A stretch of DNA of 64,000 nucleotides from an uncultured Bacteroidales bacterium (GTDB lineage: Bacteria; Bacteroidota; Bacteroidia; Bacteroidales; UBA10428). This document shows positions 1 to 9,187 of the stretch, one piece after another; position 1 is the first letter of the stretch; every line of letters starts with the position of its first letter. Under the pieces are notes generated by a model. It did not search any database. It had not been told where the DNA came from and saw only the letters and a program-made list of their open reading frames with translations. The DNA is taken from the NCBI GenBank assembly GCA_964534745.1, contig CAZHQW010000009.1, forward strand, positions 3,777 to 67,776, in the 5' to 3' direction. The position numbers and the translations under genes are program-made.

Positions 1-374
1 TGGCTGAGCCTGTTGAGAACTTGCTTATAGGAGCACATGTATACAATCCGACAATGTCTTCATACCACACATTTGAGAATGAAAATGTCCCCACCATATT
101 CCAGGTTGGGGCGGGCTATTATTTCACGGAGAAACTGCTTGTGGTCATCGAGACTGAAAAAGATATTGAGAGGAAACCTGTCTTTCAGTGCGGGGCTGAA
201 TATCACCTGATTAAGAGCATATATGCGCGGTTAGGGTTATCATCGTCTGAAATATCAAGTTATTCATTTGGTGTAGGCTTTGTATATAAAGGAATAAGTG
301 CCGATTTTGCTTTCTCTCATCACCAGATACTCGGGTATACTCCCCATGTATCGTTAAGTTATTCTTTCAGATAA
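1..374 (+). CDS. outer-membrane beta-barrel protein, C-terminal fragment (possibly PorP/SprF- or PorQ-like); 5' end lies outside the window
   Basis: The frame is open from the window edge (first full codon at 3) to TAA at 372-374. It shows an alternating beta-strand-like pattern and a terminal ...HVSLSYSFR typical of OMP barrels. It sits 16 nt upstream of the next OMP gene. Confidence 0.45.
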   Translation, partial: AEPVENLLIGAHVYNPTMSSYHTFENENVPTIFQVGAGYYFTEKLLVVIETEKDIERKPVFQCGAEYHLIKSIYARLGLSSSEISSYSFGVGFVYKGISADFAFSHHQILGYTPHVSLSYSFR

Positions 375-389
375 AAATTTTAATACTTT

Positions 390-2471
390 ATGCATTATCG
401 TTATTATGTAATTTTTATTTTTAGCCTTATTATTTCTGTTTACCTTTCGGCCCAGGGCCAGGCATTTGAGAAATATGAATCCATGGAGGACCTGGCAGAA
501 ACAATATATTCGGAAACAGACCAGCAGACCGATTATTCAACACTTTTTAATGAGCTGCATTATTATTATGAGAATCCTTTAAATATAAATGGTGCAGATT
601 ACGACGATTTAAAGAAGCTTTACATATTAAGTGATTTCCAGATACAGAGCCTGCTTGACTATATTAAGGAAAACGGACCCATGGTAAGCATTTATGAATT
701 ACCTTATATATACGGATTTACACAGAAAGAGGCTATGTTCCTTGCCCCCCTGGTTACTTTTGAGCCTGTCAAGACAACCGGTCAGCTTACGCTCAAAAAT
801 GCGTATAAGCACGGACAGCATGAGATAATAATGAGAACACAGCGGGTGCTGGAAAAGCAAAGGGGCTATCAGCCGGTCAGTGATTCGATACTGCAGATTA
901 ATCCTAATACAGGCAGGTACCTTGGAGACCCCTGCAAGCTGTATTTAAGATATAAATACATTCTTAAAGATAGGATATATATCGGACTGACTGCAGAAAA
1001 AGACGCAGGCGAAGAGTTTTTCAAGGGTTATAATAAGAATAACTTTGATTTCAGCTCGGCACATCTTCAGATCAATAATACAGGGTTTTTTAAAAAGATA
1101 CATATAGGAGACTATCATCTGCAGTTCGGACAGGGACTGACTTTGTGGAGCGGACTGGCATTTGGCAAATCCGCATATGTTATGAATATTGAAAGAAGAG
1201 CAGAAGGAATTAAGACCTATGTATCTGCAGATGAAAATATATTTTTCCGGGGCGCCGCAACAACCCTGTCTGCAGGAAGATTCGATATTACCTTATTCTA
1301 TTCGCTAAAAAAGAGGGATGCCAATATCACTGATACCTTAAGGCCCGGATTTTACGAATTTTCAGCTTTTCAGAATACGGGCTACCACAGGACTCCGCAC
1401 GAAAACTATGACGAGAAAGCTATAAAGGAATCGGTATACGGCACCAATATCACTTACAGAAGGGATTACTGGACAGTAGGGACAACCTTTGTGCATTATG
1501 ATTTCGGAGGGGAACTGAAGGAGGCGGAACGGGTATATAATAAGTTTGATTTCAGCGGTTCCCAGGTCACGAATATCGGAATTGATTACCGTGCAAACAT
1601 CAGAAAAATCAGTTTTTTTGGGGAGGCAACCTCGGGTAATAATGCCTTTGGCATAATTAACGGTGCTGTAGCCTATGTAAATAGCCTTGTGTCATTCTCG
1701 GCCTATTACCGTTTATACAGGAAAGAATTATTTGCGCATTATGGCAATGCCCTTTCCGAAAATACGAATAATGCCAACGAAAACGGATTTTATTTAGGAA
1801 CGGAAATTCATCCCTTAAGGAAATGGAAGATCTCTGCATATTCTGACATATATAAGTTCCCATGGCTTAAGTATAATGTCAGTGCCCCCTCCCTGGGTAC
1901 TGATTTTTTTATAGGACTCGATTATACCGGGAGCAATAATTTTGAATCATATCTCAGGATATATCATGAAAGGGAATATGAAAACAGCACGGGTGAAGAT
2001 ACACTTATTGCAAAGCCTTATGAAGTAAGCCGCTTTAAAATAAGAATCCATATGTCCTGTTCAATAAACAGGAATTTACAATTAAGGAACAGGCTTGAAC
2101 TTACGAGGATTAACAGGGTAAATGAATCTCCTGATAACGGGTATTTGCTGTACCAGGATTTGATTTACAAAACCGGGAGGCTCCCGCTGTCATTATATTT
2201 CAGATATGCCTTATTTGATACCGACAGTTATTACTCAAGGATCTATGCCTATGAGAATGATCTGCTGTACGCATATTCAATTCCTGCACTATACTTCAGG
2301 GGTGTACGGACCTATATAATGTTGAAGTACTCTGTTTCAAGTCATGCCGATATATGGGTAAAATACGCAAGAACTACTTATGCAGGAAGGGATATAATCG
2401 GCGCGGGCCTGGATGAGATTGAAGGCAACTTAAAATCGGAAATTAAGTTACAGCTGAGAGTCAAGTTTTAG
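390..2471 (+). CDS. helix-hairpin-helix (ComEA-like) domain protein fused to a large outer-membrane beta-barrel
   Basis: Signal peptide ends ...VYLSA|QGQ. The segment NINGADYDDLKKLYILSDFQIQSLLDYIKENGPMVSIYELPYIYGFTQKEAMFLAPLVTF follows the ComEA HhH pattern. About 570 aa of Y/F/G-rich beta-strand repeats end in LQLRVKF. Confidence 0.6.
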   Translation: MHYRYYVIFIFSLIISVYLSAQGQAFEKYESMEDLAETIYSETDQQTDYSTLFNELHYYYENPLNINGADYDDLKKLYILSDFQIQSLLDYIKENGPMVSIYELPYIYGFTQKEAMFLAPLVTFEPVKTTGQLTLKNAYKHGQHEIIMRTQRVLEKQRGYQPVSDSILQINPNTGRYLGDPCKLYLRYKYILKDRIYIGLTAEKDAGEEFFKGYNKNNFDFSSAHLQINNTGFFKKIHIGDYHLQFGQGLTLWSGLAFGKSAYVMNIERRAEGIKTYVSADENIFFRGAATTLSAGRFDITLFYSLKKRDANITDTLRPGFYEFSAFQNTGYHRTPHENYDEKAIKESVYGTNITYRRDYWTVGTTFVHYDFGGELKEAERVYNKFDFSGSQVTNIGIDYRANIRKISFFGEATSGNNAFGIINGAVAYVNSLVSFSAYYRLYRKELFAHYGNALSENTNNANENGFYLGTEIHPLRKWKISAYSDIYKFPWLKYNVSAPSLGTDFFIGLDYTGSNNFESYLRIYHEREYENSTGEDTLIAKPYEVSRFKIRIHMSCSINRNLQLRNRLELTRINRVNESPDNGYLLYQDLIYKTGRLPLSLYFRYALFDTDSYYSRIYAYENDLLYAYSIPALYFRGVRTYIMLKYSVSSHADIWVKYARTTYAGRDIIGAGLDEIEGNLKSEIKLQLRVKF

Positions 2472-3109
2472 AACTCTCTGAGGGTAAAGCTGCGCCTGAA
2501 CTTTTTGAACAGCTCAATATATAATATAAGTTTGAGATTTATGGCATTAAGTTTTTTCTTAAATTTTATTGTAGAGTAATTAAAATATTCACTGACACTA
2601 TAAAATGTGTTTTTCCCATGCTTTCTAAGGAACTCATAACTCTTGTAACGCAGGTACGGAGCTAAATTATTACCCCTGAACTCATGCATGGTATACATAC
2701 TGAAAAGGTAGGCTTCATTTTCCTTCATGCTTACCGGGTGCGGTGTGAAATTACATGAGTCAAAATCAATCCACATAAAGGCTGCAATTTCGTCCTTAAA
2801 TTTTAAGCCGATACATTTTTTTCCATTATTCAGCTTTTTTAGCAATGCCTCAGCATTGTATCCGTCTGCCCGTGTACCAATTATTTTCATATCATCCGGA
2901 CCAAGAAACTCAAGTGTATAATCTGCTTCATTGCCCTTAATTTCCGGGGGACTAATTTCAGTCCGGCCTTCCTGAACCCAGTAGTAGGGCCTGATTTCCA
3001 GGCCAATGCGTGACAGGACATTTCTAAAAACCTGCAGGAAAAGGCCATAACGCACTTTACTCCATAACCATTGCAGTTTTGAGATCCTGGCATCTTTGGC
3101 TATTGTCAT
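2468..3109 (-). CDS. GNAT-like N-acetyltransferase (putative)
   Basis: 213 aa. The motif-A-like stretch is LFSMYTMHEFRGNNLAPYL. Its ATG overlaps the stop of the upstream BKACE gene (ATGA at 3106-3109). Confidence 0.5.
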   Translation of the reverse strand: MTIAKDARISKLQWLWSKVRYGLFLQVFRNVLSRIGLEIRPYYWVQEGRTEISPPEIKGNEADYTLEFLGPDDMKIIGTRADGYNAEALLKKLNNGKKCIGLKFKDEIAAFMWIDFDSCNFTPHPVSMKENEAYLFSMYTMHEFRGNNLAPYLRYKSYEFLRKHGKNTFYSVSEYFNYSTIKFKKKLNAINLKLILYIELFKKFRRSFTLREF

Positions 3110-3990
3110 ATATTCTCCGTTTGTTTATAAATACGGCCGTATTTTCCATTTCCGGGTTCAAGGTTCATTTTCTTTCTGAATTCGCTGGCTGTCATCACTT
3201 CCCTCTCATTGGCTTCGGCTATGACGTGAATCCTTTTAATAAGATCGACATTGCGTGCCAGCTTTGTCCTTGCAGAGTTATAGAATATATTATCCTCAAG
3301 TCCGATCCTTACACCCCCTCCAATAGCTATAGCGACCGAGTTCATTATAAGCTGGTAGTCCCCGATTCCTGCAAGGCTCCAAAATGAATCAGGAGGCAAG
3401 TCTCTGATCATAATTCCTGCATGCAGGATATCTGCCTGTGCGCAGGCTATATTTCCCAGTAAAAGATTAAAATAATGCGGTGGCGCTATAAGTCCTTTTT
3501 TCTCGAGGTACTTGGCATAATTTATCATACCGGCATCAAATGCTTCGAGTTCCGGTACTATGCCGCGGACCTTCATATCTTCTGCCAGTTTCTGTATCAT
3601 TTCAGGAGAATTGACACTTGCTATTTTATTGAAGTTCAACGAACTTAAGGTAAGGCTGCCCAGATCGGGTTTTAAAGGACCCTCAAGCTGCAGGACTTCG
3701 GAACGTTCCTCAAATTTATGAAAGGTTCGCCCGCTAAGAGAAACACAAATAACAAGATAGGGTGCAAATCTCCTTATTCCTTCAATAATCTCTGCATATA
3801 TTTCTTTCTTATAGGTTGGCTCTCCGGTCTGCGGATCCCGCGCATGAATGTGAACTTTGGTAATGCCGATCTCACATGCGTGATGTACATCTTCTACAAT
3901 CTCAGCAGCACTTACAGGAATATGAGGGGTTAATTCCTTGGTCGGTATCATTCCTGTTGGAGTAAAATCGATTATTAATTTTTCCGGCAT
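3106..3990 (-). CDS. BKACE family enzyme (3-keto-5-aminohexanoate cleavage enzyme-like, DUF849)
   Basis: N-terminus is IIDFTPTGMIPTKELTPHIPVSAAEIVEDVHHACEIGITKVHIHARDPQTGEP. At 294 aa the length is typical of the DUF849 TIM-barrel family. Confidence 0.8.
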   Translation of the reverse strand: MPEKLIIDFTPTGMIPTKELTPHIPVSAAEIVEDVHHACEIGITKVHIHARDPQTGEPTYKKEIYAEIIEGIRRFAPYLVICVSLSGRTFHKFEERSEVLQLEGPLKPDLGSLTLSSLNFNKIASVNSPEMIQKLAEDMKVRGIVPELEAFDAGMINYAKYLEKKGLIAPPHYFNLLLGNIACAQADILHAGIMIRDLPPDSFWSLAGIGDYQLIMNSVAIAIGGGVRIGLEDNIFYNSARTKLARNVDLIKRIHVIAEANEREVMTASEFRKKMNLEPGNGKYGRIYKQTENI

Positions 3991-4136
3991 ATGAATCCTG
4001 TTTAAAAATCAAAACTTGAAGAGACTAAAATAAGCAATAATAATTATACCACGAAAGTTTGTTATCGGGTATTTGCAACCAACTGATTATTTGCTTGTCA
4101 TTATTCTTTAAAAATATAAATTACAAATTTCAGTAT

Positions 4137-6482
4137 ATGTCTTACCTGAGGATAATTTTTTTATTACCGGTTTTTGTCTTTATCCATAACCCGTTATATG
4201 GCCAGTATTACCAGACAATTAAAGGAAGGGTAGTTGATTTGAATACGGAGGCCCCACTGGCAGGGGCAAATGTTCTGCTGCTGGATTCAGCAATGGTTAC
4301 TGGCACTATTACCGGCGAAGACGGTAATTTTCATTTATCTAATGTACCTGTTGGCCGTCAGGGAATAAAAGTAAGTTATGTGGGATATAATACGGTTATA
4401 ATAAAAAACCTGTACGTTTTATCAGGTAAGGAGACCGATATTGACGTGAAGCTTGAGGAGCAGGTCATACAGGGAGAGGATATTATTGTAAGGGCACACA
4501 GCCGTAAGGACAGGCCTTTAAATGAGATGGCACAGATAAGTGCAAGGTCGTTCACTGTCGAGGAGACTGAGCGTTATGCAGGGAGCCTGGGGGATCCTTC
4601 CAGGATGGCTGCCAGCTTTGCCGGGGTACTGACCCTGGGAACACAGATAAATGACATAGTGATCAGGGGTAATTCAACAAACGGATTATTGTGGCGAATG
4701 GAAGGGCTCAAAATTCCCAATCCCAATCACTTTGGGGATATGTCTTCTTCCGGGGGCACCTTTAGTATGCTTAATAATAATGTACTTGCCAATTCCGATT
4801 TTTATACCGGCGCTTTCCCTGCTGAATACGGGGATGCCCTGTCAGGAGTTTTTGATCTTAAGATGAGGAAAGGTAACTATGAAAACAGGGAGTACCTTGT
4901 GCAGGTCGGGTTAAACGGACTTGAATTCGGGGCTGAAGGGCCTTTCTGCAAAAAAAGCAAAGCATCATATATTGCTAACTACAGGTATGGGACAATGGGG
5001 ATCTTTGATCTTCTTGGCCTTGATATAGGTATATTCACCATACCTGTTTACCAGGATTTATCATTTAATATAAATGTGCCTCTTGGCAGGGCAGGTAAAT
5101 TTTCAGTATTCGGCGTCGGAGGAATAGACGGACTTAATGGGGAGGAGATTAATGAAGCAGAGAATAAAATTGATATAACCAGGCTAAATTCTTCAGTCGG
5201 ATTTGCAGGGGTAAACCATTTGTATTTCTTTAACGATAACTCCAGCATATCAACCAGTGTAGGTATTTCTTCAACTGTTAACAAGACTTTAATATATAAC
5301 AGGAATGATGATATAATTGATGATTATATATGGCAAAGAAACTCAGAGTCTACAGCTGAGTTACTTATAGAATATAAAAACAGGATTAATTCAAGGAATT
5401 ACCTGAAGCTGGGGGCTGACTATTTTGCATCTGCAGTATCTTTAAAAGACAGCCTGTATATTGAGGGAAACGGTATCTTTCTGCACAGGCTGGATATAGA
5501 CGGCACGGTACCTTTATGCCGGACTTACGGCCAGTGGAAGCATCGCTTTAATGACAGGCTGTCTTTTGTCGGCGGTATACATTACCAGTATTCAAAGTAT
5601 GGCAATGATCATTCCATTGAACCCAGAATTAGCATGAGCTGGGATTTTTTACCTAGGCAGTCTTTTAGCCTGGGGATGGGTATACATACCAAGCTGCAGC
5701 CCAAGTTTGTATACCATTATGAAATACTGGCAGATACACTGAATAAGGTATACTCAAAACCTAACAAGGACCTAGCAATGTCAAGGAGCAGGCATTTTGT
5801 TGCCGGATACAATTACCTTTTTAACAACAACCACCGGTTAAAAGTTGAAGCTTATTACCAGTATCTGGACAGGATACCTGTTGAGAAAGACAGCTCATAC
5901 GCATCACTGGTTAATTACGGATCAAGCTTTTCGGATTATGAATATGATGCCCTGGTTAACGAAGGCACGGGTTTTAATTATGGTGCCGAGCTGACACTTG
6001 AGAAGTTCCTGTCGGAAAATTATTATTATTTATTTACACTGTCACTTTTTGACTCAAAGTACAGGGGTAGCGACGGTGTTTTAAGAAATACAAAGTATAA
6101 TGCCAATATAATTTGCAACCTCCTTGGTGGCTACGAATGGCATTTCAGGAACAGCAACACAATGAGCCTTGACGCAAGGTTAATATGGGCCGGAGGGGAA
6201 AGGAAAATACCACTGGATTACGAAGCTTCAGGAGAGGCAGGAGAGGCAGTTTATATTATTCCGCAGGCGTATGAGGAAAGATTCAGGGACTACTTCAGGC
6301 TTGATGTAAGGATTGCATATAATATAAATAAAAAGACAAGTCATACACTGGCCATTGATATTATAAACTTCACAAACAGGAATAATCATTTTGTAGCTAT
6401 CTATGATGAAGATAAAAATGATTATGACGAAGTCTCCACCCTGGGCATATTACCTGCCCTGTTGTGGAGATGGAATTTCTGA
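4137..6482 (+). CDS. TonB-dependent receptor with an N-terminal carboxypeptidase-regulatory-like domain
   Basis: Signal peptide ends ...PLYG|QYYQ. It contains IKGRVVD...APLAGANVLL...GNFHLSNVPVG (CarbopepD_reg) and the plug region FTVEETERYAGSLGDPSRM, and ends in a C-terminal aromatic (WRWNF). The ATG at 4137 is preferred over the tracked start at 4059. Confidence 0.8.
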   Translation: MSYLRIIFLLPVFVFIHNPLYGQYYQTIKGRVVDLNTEAPLAGANVLLLDSAMVTGTITGEDGNFHLSNVPVGRQGIKVSYVGYNTVIIKNLYVLSGKETDIDVKLEEQVIQGEDIIVRAHSRKDRPLNEMAQISARSFTVEETERYAGSLGDPSRMAASFAGVLTLGTQINDIVIRGNSTNGLLWRMEGLKIPNPNHFGDMSSSGGTFSMLNNNVLANSDFYTGAFPAEYGDALSGVFDLKMRKGNYENREYLVQVGLNGLEFGAEGPFCKKSKASYIANYRYGTMGIFDLLGLDIGIFTIPVYQDLSFNINVPLGRAGKFSVFGVGGIDGLNGEEINEAENKIDITRLNSSVGFAGVNHLYFFNDNSSISTSVGISSTVNKTLIYNRNDDIIDDYIWQRNSESTAELLIEYKNRINSRNYLKLGADYFASAVSLKDSLYIEGNGIFLHRLDIDGTVPLCRTYGQWKHRFNDRLSFVGGIHYQYSKYGNDHSIEPRISMSWDFLPRQSFSLGMGIHTKLQPKFVYHYEILADTLNKVYSKPNKDLAMSRSRHFVAGYNYLFNNNHRLKVEAYYQYLDRIPVEKDSSYASLVNYGSSFSDYEYDALVNEGTGFNYGAELTLEKFLSENYYYLFTLSLFDSKYRGSDGVLRNTKYNANIICNLLGGYEWHFRNSNTMSLDARLIWAGGERKIPLDYEASGEAGEAVYIIPQAYEERFRDYFRLDVRIAYNINKKTSHTLAIDIINFTNRNNHFVAIYDEDKNDYDEVSTLGILPALLWRWNF

Positions 6483-6501
6483 TATTTAAAGGGTACAGTA
6501 T

Positions 6502-7260
6502 TTATATGCTGCAGATAACCACGAATTCTTTTGAAGAGGCACTAAGCGGATTTTCGTTATAGTCACCGAAGATGTTTACCAGTGTAAGCTTTGACAGTCT
6601 TACCAGGTGTTCAATCTCGTACCTGAAGAACAGGCGCATCTTGAGTTTCCATACTTTTTCTATCTGCATGTTGTCCTCATCCCAGGTAAATCTCATTGTT
6701 ACATTAAGGAGCTGGTTTACAATATCTGTTTTTGAGGATACTGCCCGCCTGACTTTTTTCCCTGGTTCATATTCGCCTTCAAAATCTGTCACGTTATCTA
6801 TTCCTTCAGCCATAAGCCTGGGATCAGGGACGAACAGGTCAAAAATATAAATACCATTATCATTAAGGTGGTCATACACATTGTTCATAAATGCAATCTG
6901 TTCTTTTGTATCAAGCACATGGGCAAAAACGCGGAAGGGCGCAACAATAAGGTCAAACTTAAAATCAAGCTTCATCTTCCCGGCATCGCCCGTCATTACG
7001 CGGTAGTGATCTTCAGGCGCCAGTTTTTTCTTCAGCACATCAATCATGTTTTTGCTGATATCTATTCCATAGATGTCGGCACCCCTTGCCAGGGCTTCGG
7101 TAAAAAACCTGCCCGTACCAACTCCTATTTCAAGTACCCTGCCTTTTGTGCCCAGTATCTTATTTATAAAGTAGCCTGTGTCAACGTCTGAGCGCACCTT
7201 CTCATATACCACATCATAAAACCTGGCTACAAAATCAGGGTATTCGAATGAAGTTGTCAT
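6502..7260 (-). CDS. class I SAM-dependent methyltransferase
   Basis: Motif I is VLEIGVGTGRF, followed by the acidic post-I element IYGIDIS. 252 aa. Confidence 0.75.
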   Translation of the reverse strand: MTTSFEYPDFVARFYDVVYEKVRSDVDTGYFINKILGTKGRVLEIGVGTGRFFTEALARGADIYGIDISKNMIDVLKKKLAPEDHYRVMTGDAGKMKLDFKFDLIVAPFRVFAHVLDTKEQIAFMNNVYDHLNDNGIYIFDLFVPDPRLMAEGIDNVTDFEGEYEPGKKVRRAVSSKTDIVNQLLNVTMRFTWDEDNMQIEKVWKLKMRLFFRYEIEHLVRLSKLTLVNIFGDYNENPLSASSKEFVVICSI

Positions 7261-7287
7261 GGTTTATAGTCTGTAAGTATAAATATT

Positions 7288-9117
7288 TCAATCGGCACTG
7301 ATAAACTTTGAAAGCAACTTTATGTATGAAGCCTGGTAATAGATGGCCGGTTCGCTCAGCTCCCATGAAGCCTCGGGATAGCCGTCATTGAAATCCCTGT
7401 AACATTTTTGCAGGGGCTGCATCGATATTTCTGTAATGGTGCCGTTGTACCTGAAGTTTGGCCCCCCGGGGATGAGTCCGGGTATCGGATTCCCATCCAA
7501 TTTCGAGCCGTCCCTGAACCAGTCATGGTATATTTCATCGGTGCAGTGATCTGCTCCCTCCCTGTACATATTACTTATATAAACTATGCCCAGGGGATTT
7601 ACGCCATGAAAATAATGCAGTATTCCCAACGCCCGCTTTAGATATTTATCCTTGCTATGGCCATATAGATTATAGGTTATAAAGTCATAATTTGCGGCAC
7701 CAAGTGCGGCACGCGGATTGTTTGAACCCCAGTTGTAAAGGGTCATGGGTATGTAACCCATATAAAGGTCATCCTGTGGCCTGAACTGGAAAAGGTGCAG
7801 TCCGTTTCCCTCCTTGCGGCGCTGCGACAATATTTCGCTGCGTGAATTATCATCTGCATTTTCAAGAGTTGTGTAATAAAGAAGCGCGTCCCCGACATGA
7901 CTGAAGTATAAGTAGGAATATATATCATAGAAAGGAGAGGTTATATAAAACCTGTTTTTTACTAACTCGTTATACTTCTCTTCGCCGGTCAGCGCGAAAA
8001 GATATATGGCTGCAACCACCTCCGCCTCGTCCTGCTTATCAAGCCCCATGTCGGCATCTCCTGATTTTATTTCCTGGCTGTCGCAGGTATCTGACCTGGA
8101 ATGATTCTGATACCATTCCCATGCCTTAACCGAACGTTCTTTTAAGTCTGCGGCGTATTCTTTTAATTCAGGAAATTTTGAGAATACCAGCGCTGCATGG
8201 GCAAACATTCCTGCAGCGGCAATTGAGGAAGATGAACATACCGGTCCGTAATAGCGGGGGCGCTTATCGGCGCTCGGTGGAGTGGCACTATTATAATCTA
8301 TGTTCCCAAGCTTTATTAATACCCCTCCGTCATTTTGCTGCATTTTTTTTATCCAGTCCAGTTCATACCGTACTTCATCGATAATATCCGGGAGCCCGTT
8401 CCCCGATTCGGGGATATTAAAATCATCCGTAAAGACTGATGGATTCTGCTGGTAGGATGTCAGTAGCATGTGAACCGGACTGGCAGCAAAGGTTACATAT
8501 TTATTATAATCACCTGCATCCATCCAGCCCCCCGATAGATCCTTTGCTGTGGCCTCGTTATCCTTATCATAAAGATACCTGGCTTCACTATCCTGTCCGT
8601 CCCCCATGAAAGCCGCTCCATCTATCCACGGCTGTTCGGCATAGGGTTCTTCTTTGGGATCATTAAGGCGCTGGTAGTAAAACACGCGCATCGCGGCCCT
8701 TAAAATATCCTTATATACATTCTTTGCTATTGCAAACTTATAGGAACCCATCTGTTTCTGACTGTCATAAATATAATATTCACCTTCCTCCTTAACCTCA
8801 CTAAAATCGAACCACCAGCCCTTATCACCACAGGTAAAATCGATAGCTCCCTTGTTCCACTTAGTAAGGCTTCCCGAGTAAACAACCTCATCGCTATCCC
8901 ACCTGCGCACTTCATATACCGTGCCGGGAACAAACTCATCTTCTGCATTAAATCCGAATTGCGGATCCACAATAACTGCAACTTTATTATCCTCCGGGCG
9001 GTACCCGAACTGATCTACCATAATGTATCTCTGCATGCTGTCAGGTTTTGCAAACACGCCTGCAGTCAATATAAATAATGCTATCAATATGTCAATTGCT
9101 TTTTTCTGAAAAGCCAT
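7288..9117 (-). CDS. glycoside hydrolase family 9 (endoglucanase-like) with an N-terminal Ig-like domain
   Basis: Signal peptide present. It has a CelD_N-like VDQFGYRPEDNKVAVI, the GH9 signature DLSGGWMDAGDYNKYV and a C-terminal ...WELSEPAIYYQASY. A strong SD-like AAGGAGGT lies 4 nt upstream of the ATG. Confidence 0.85.
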   Translation of the reverse strand: MAFQKKAIDILIALFILTAGVFAKPDSMQRYIMVDQFGYRPEDNKVAVIVDPQFGFNAEDEFVPGTVYEVRRWDSDEVVYSGSLTKWNKGAIDFTCGDKGWWFDFSEVKEEGEYYIYDSQKQMGSYKFAIAKNVYKDILRAAMRVFYYQRLNDPKEEPYAEQPWIDGAAFMGDGQDSEARYLYDKDNEATAKDLSGGWMDAGDYNKYVTFAASPVHMLLTSYQQNPSVFTDDFNIPESGNGLPDIIDEVRYELDWIKKMQQNDGGVLIKLGNIDYNSATPPSADKRPRYYGPVCSSSSIAAAGMFAHAALVFSKFPELKEYAADLKERSVKAWEWYQNHSRSDTCDSQEIKSGDADMGLDKQDEAEVVAAIYLFALTGEEKYNELVKNRFYITSPFYDIYSYLYFSHVGDALLYYTTLENADDNSRSEILSQRRKEGNGLHLFQFRPQDDLYMGYIPMTLYNWGSNNPRAALGAANYDFITYNLYGHSKDKYLKRALGILHYFHGVNPLGIVYISNMYREGADHCTDEIYHDWFRDGSKLDGNPIPGLIPGGPNFRYNGTITEISMQPLQKCYRDFNDGYPEASWELSEPAIYYQASYIKLLSKFISAD

Positions 9118-9187
9118 GATTACCTCCTTTGATTTAATATATATGTTAATTATTTTTAAAAATAAGAATTATTGTGAAATAAGTATT

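Noticed and set aside
4106-4120. 15-nt exact match CTTTAAAAATATAAA, also at 10178-10192. Both copies lie 16-17 nt upstream of start codons (the TonB receptor and the Tat-AKR).
   Set aside because: In a 64-kb AT-rich window a few exact 15-mers are expected by chance, and the motif is low-complexity A/T. The flanking sequences do not align. It probably reflects the generic A/T-rich leaders of Bacteroidota genes. It would be worth revisiting only if it recurs genome-wide.
4059-4136. Upstream extension of the TonB-dependent receptor ORF.
   Set aside because: The tracked start is a non-ATG codon in the intergenic leader. The ATG at 4137 gives a normal signal peptide (MSYLRIIFLLPVFVF...).
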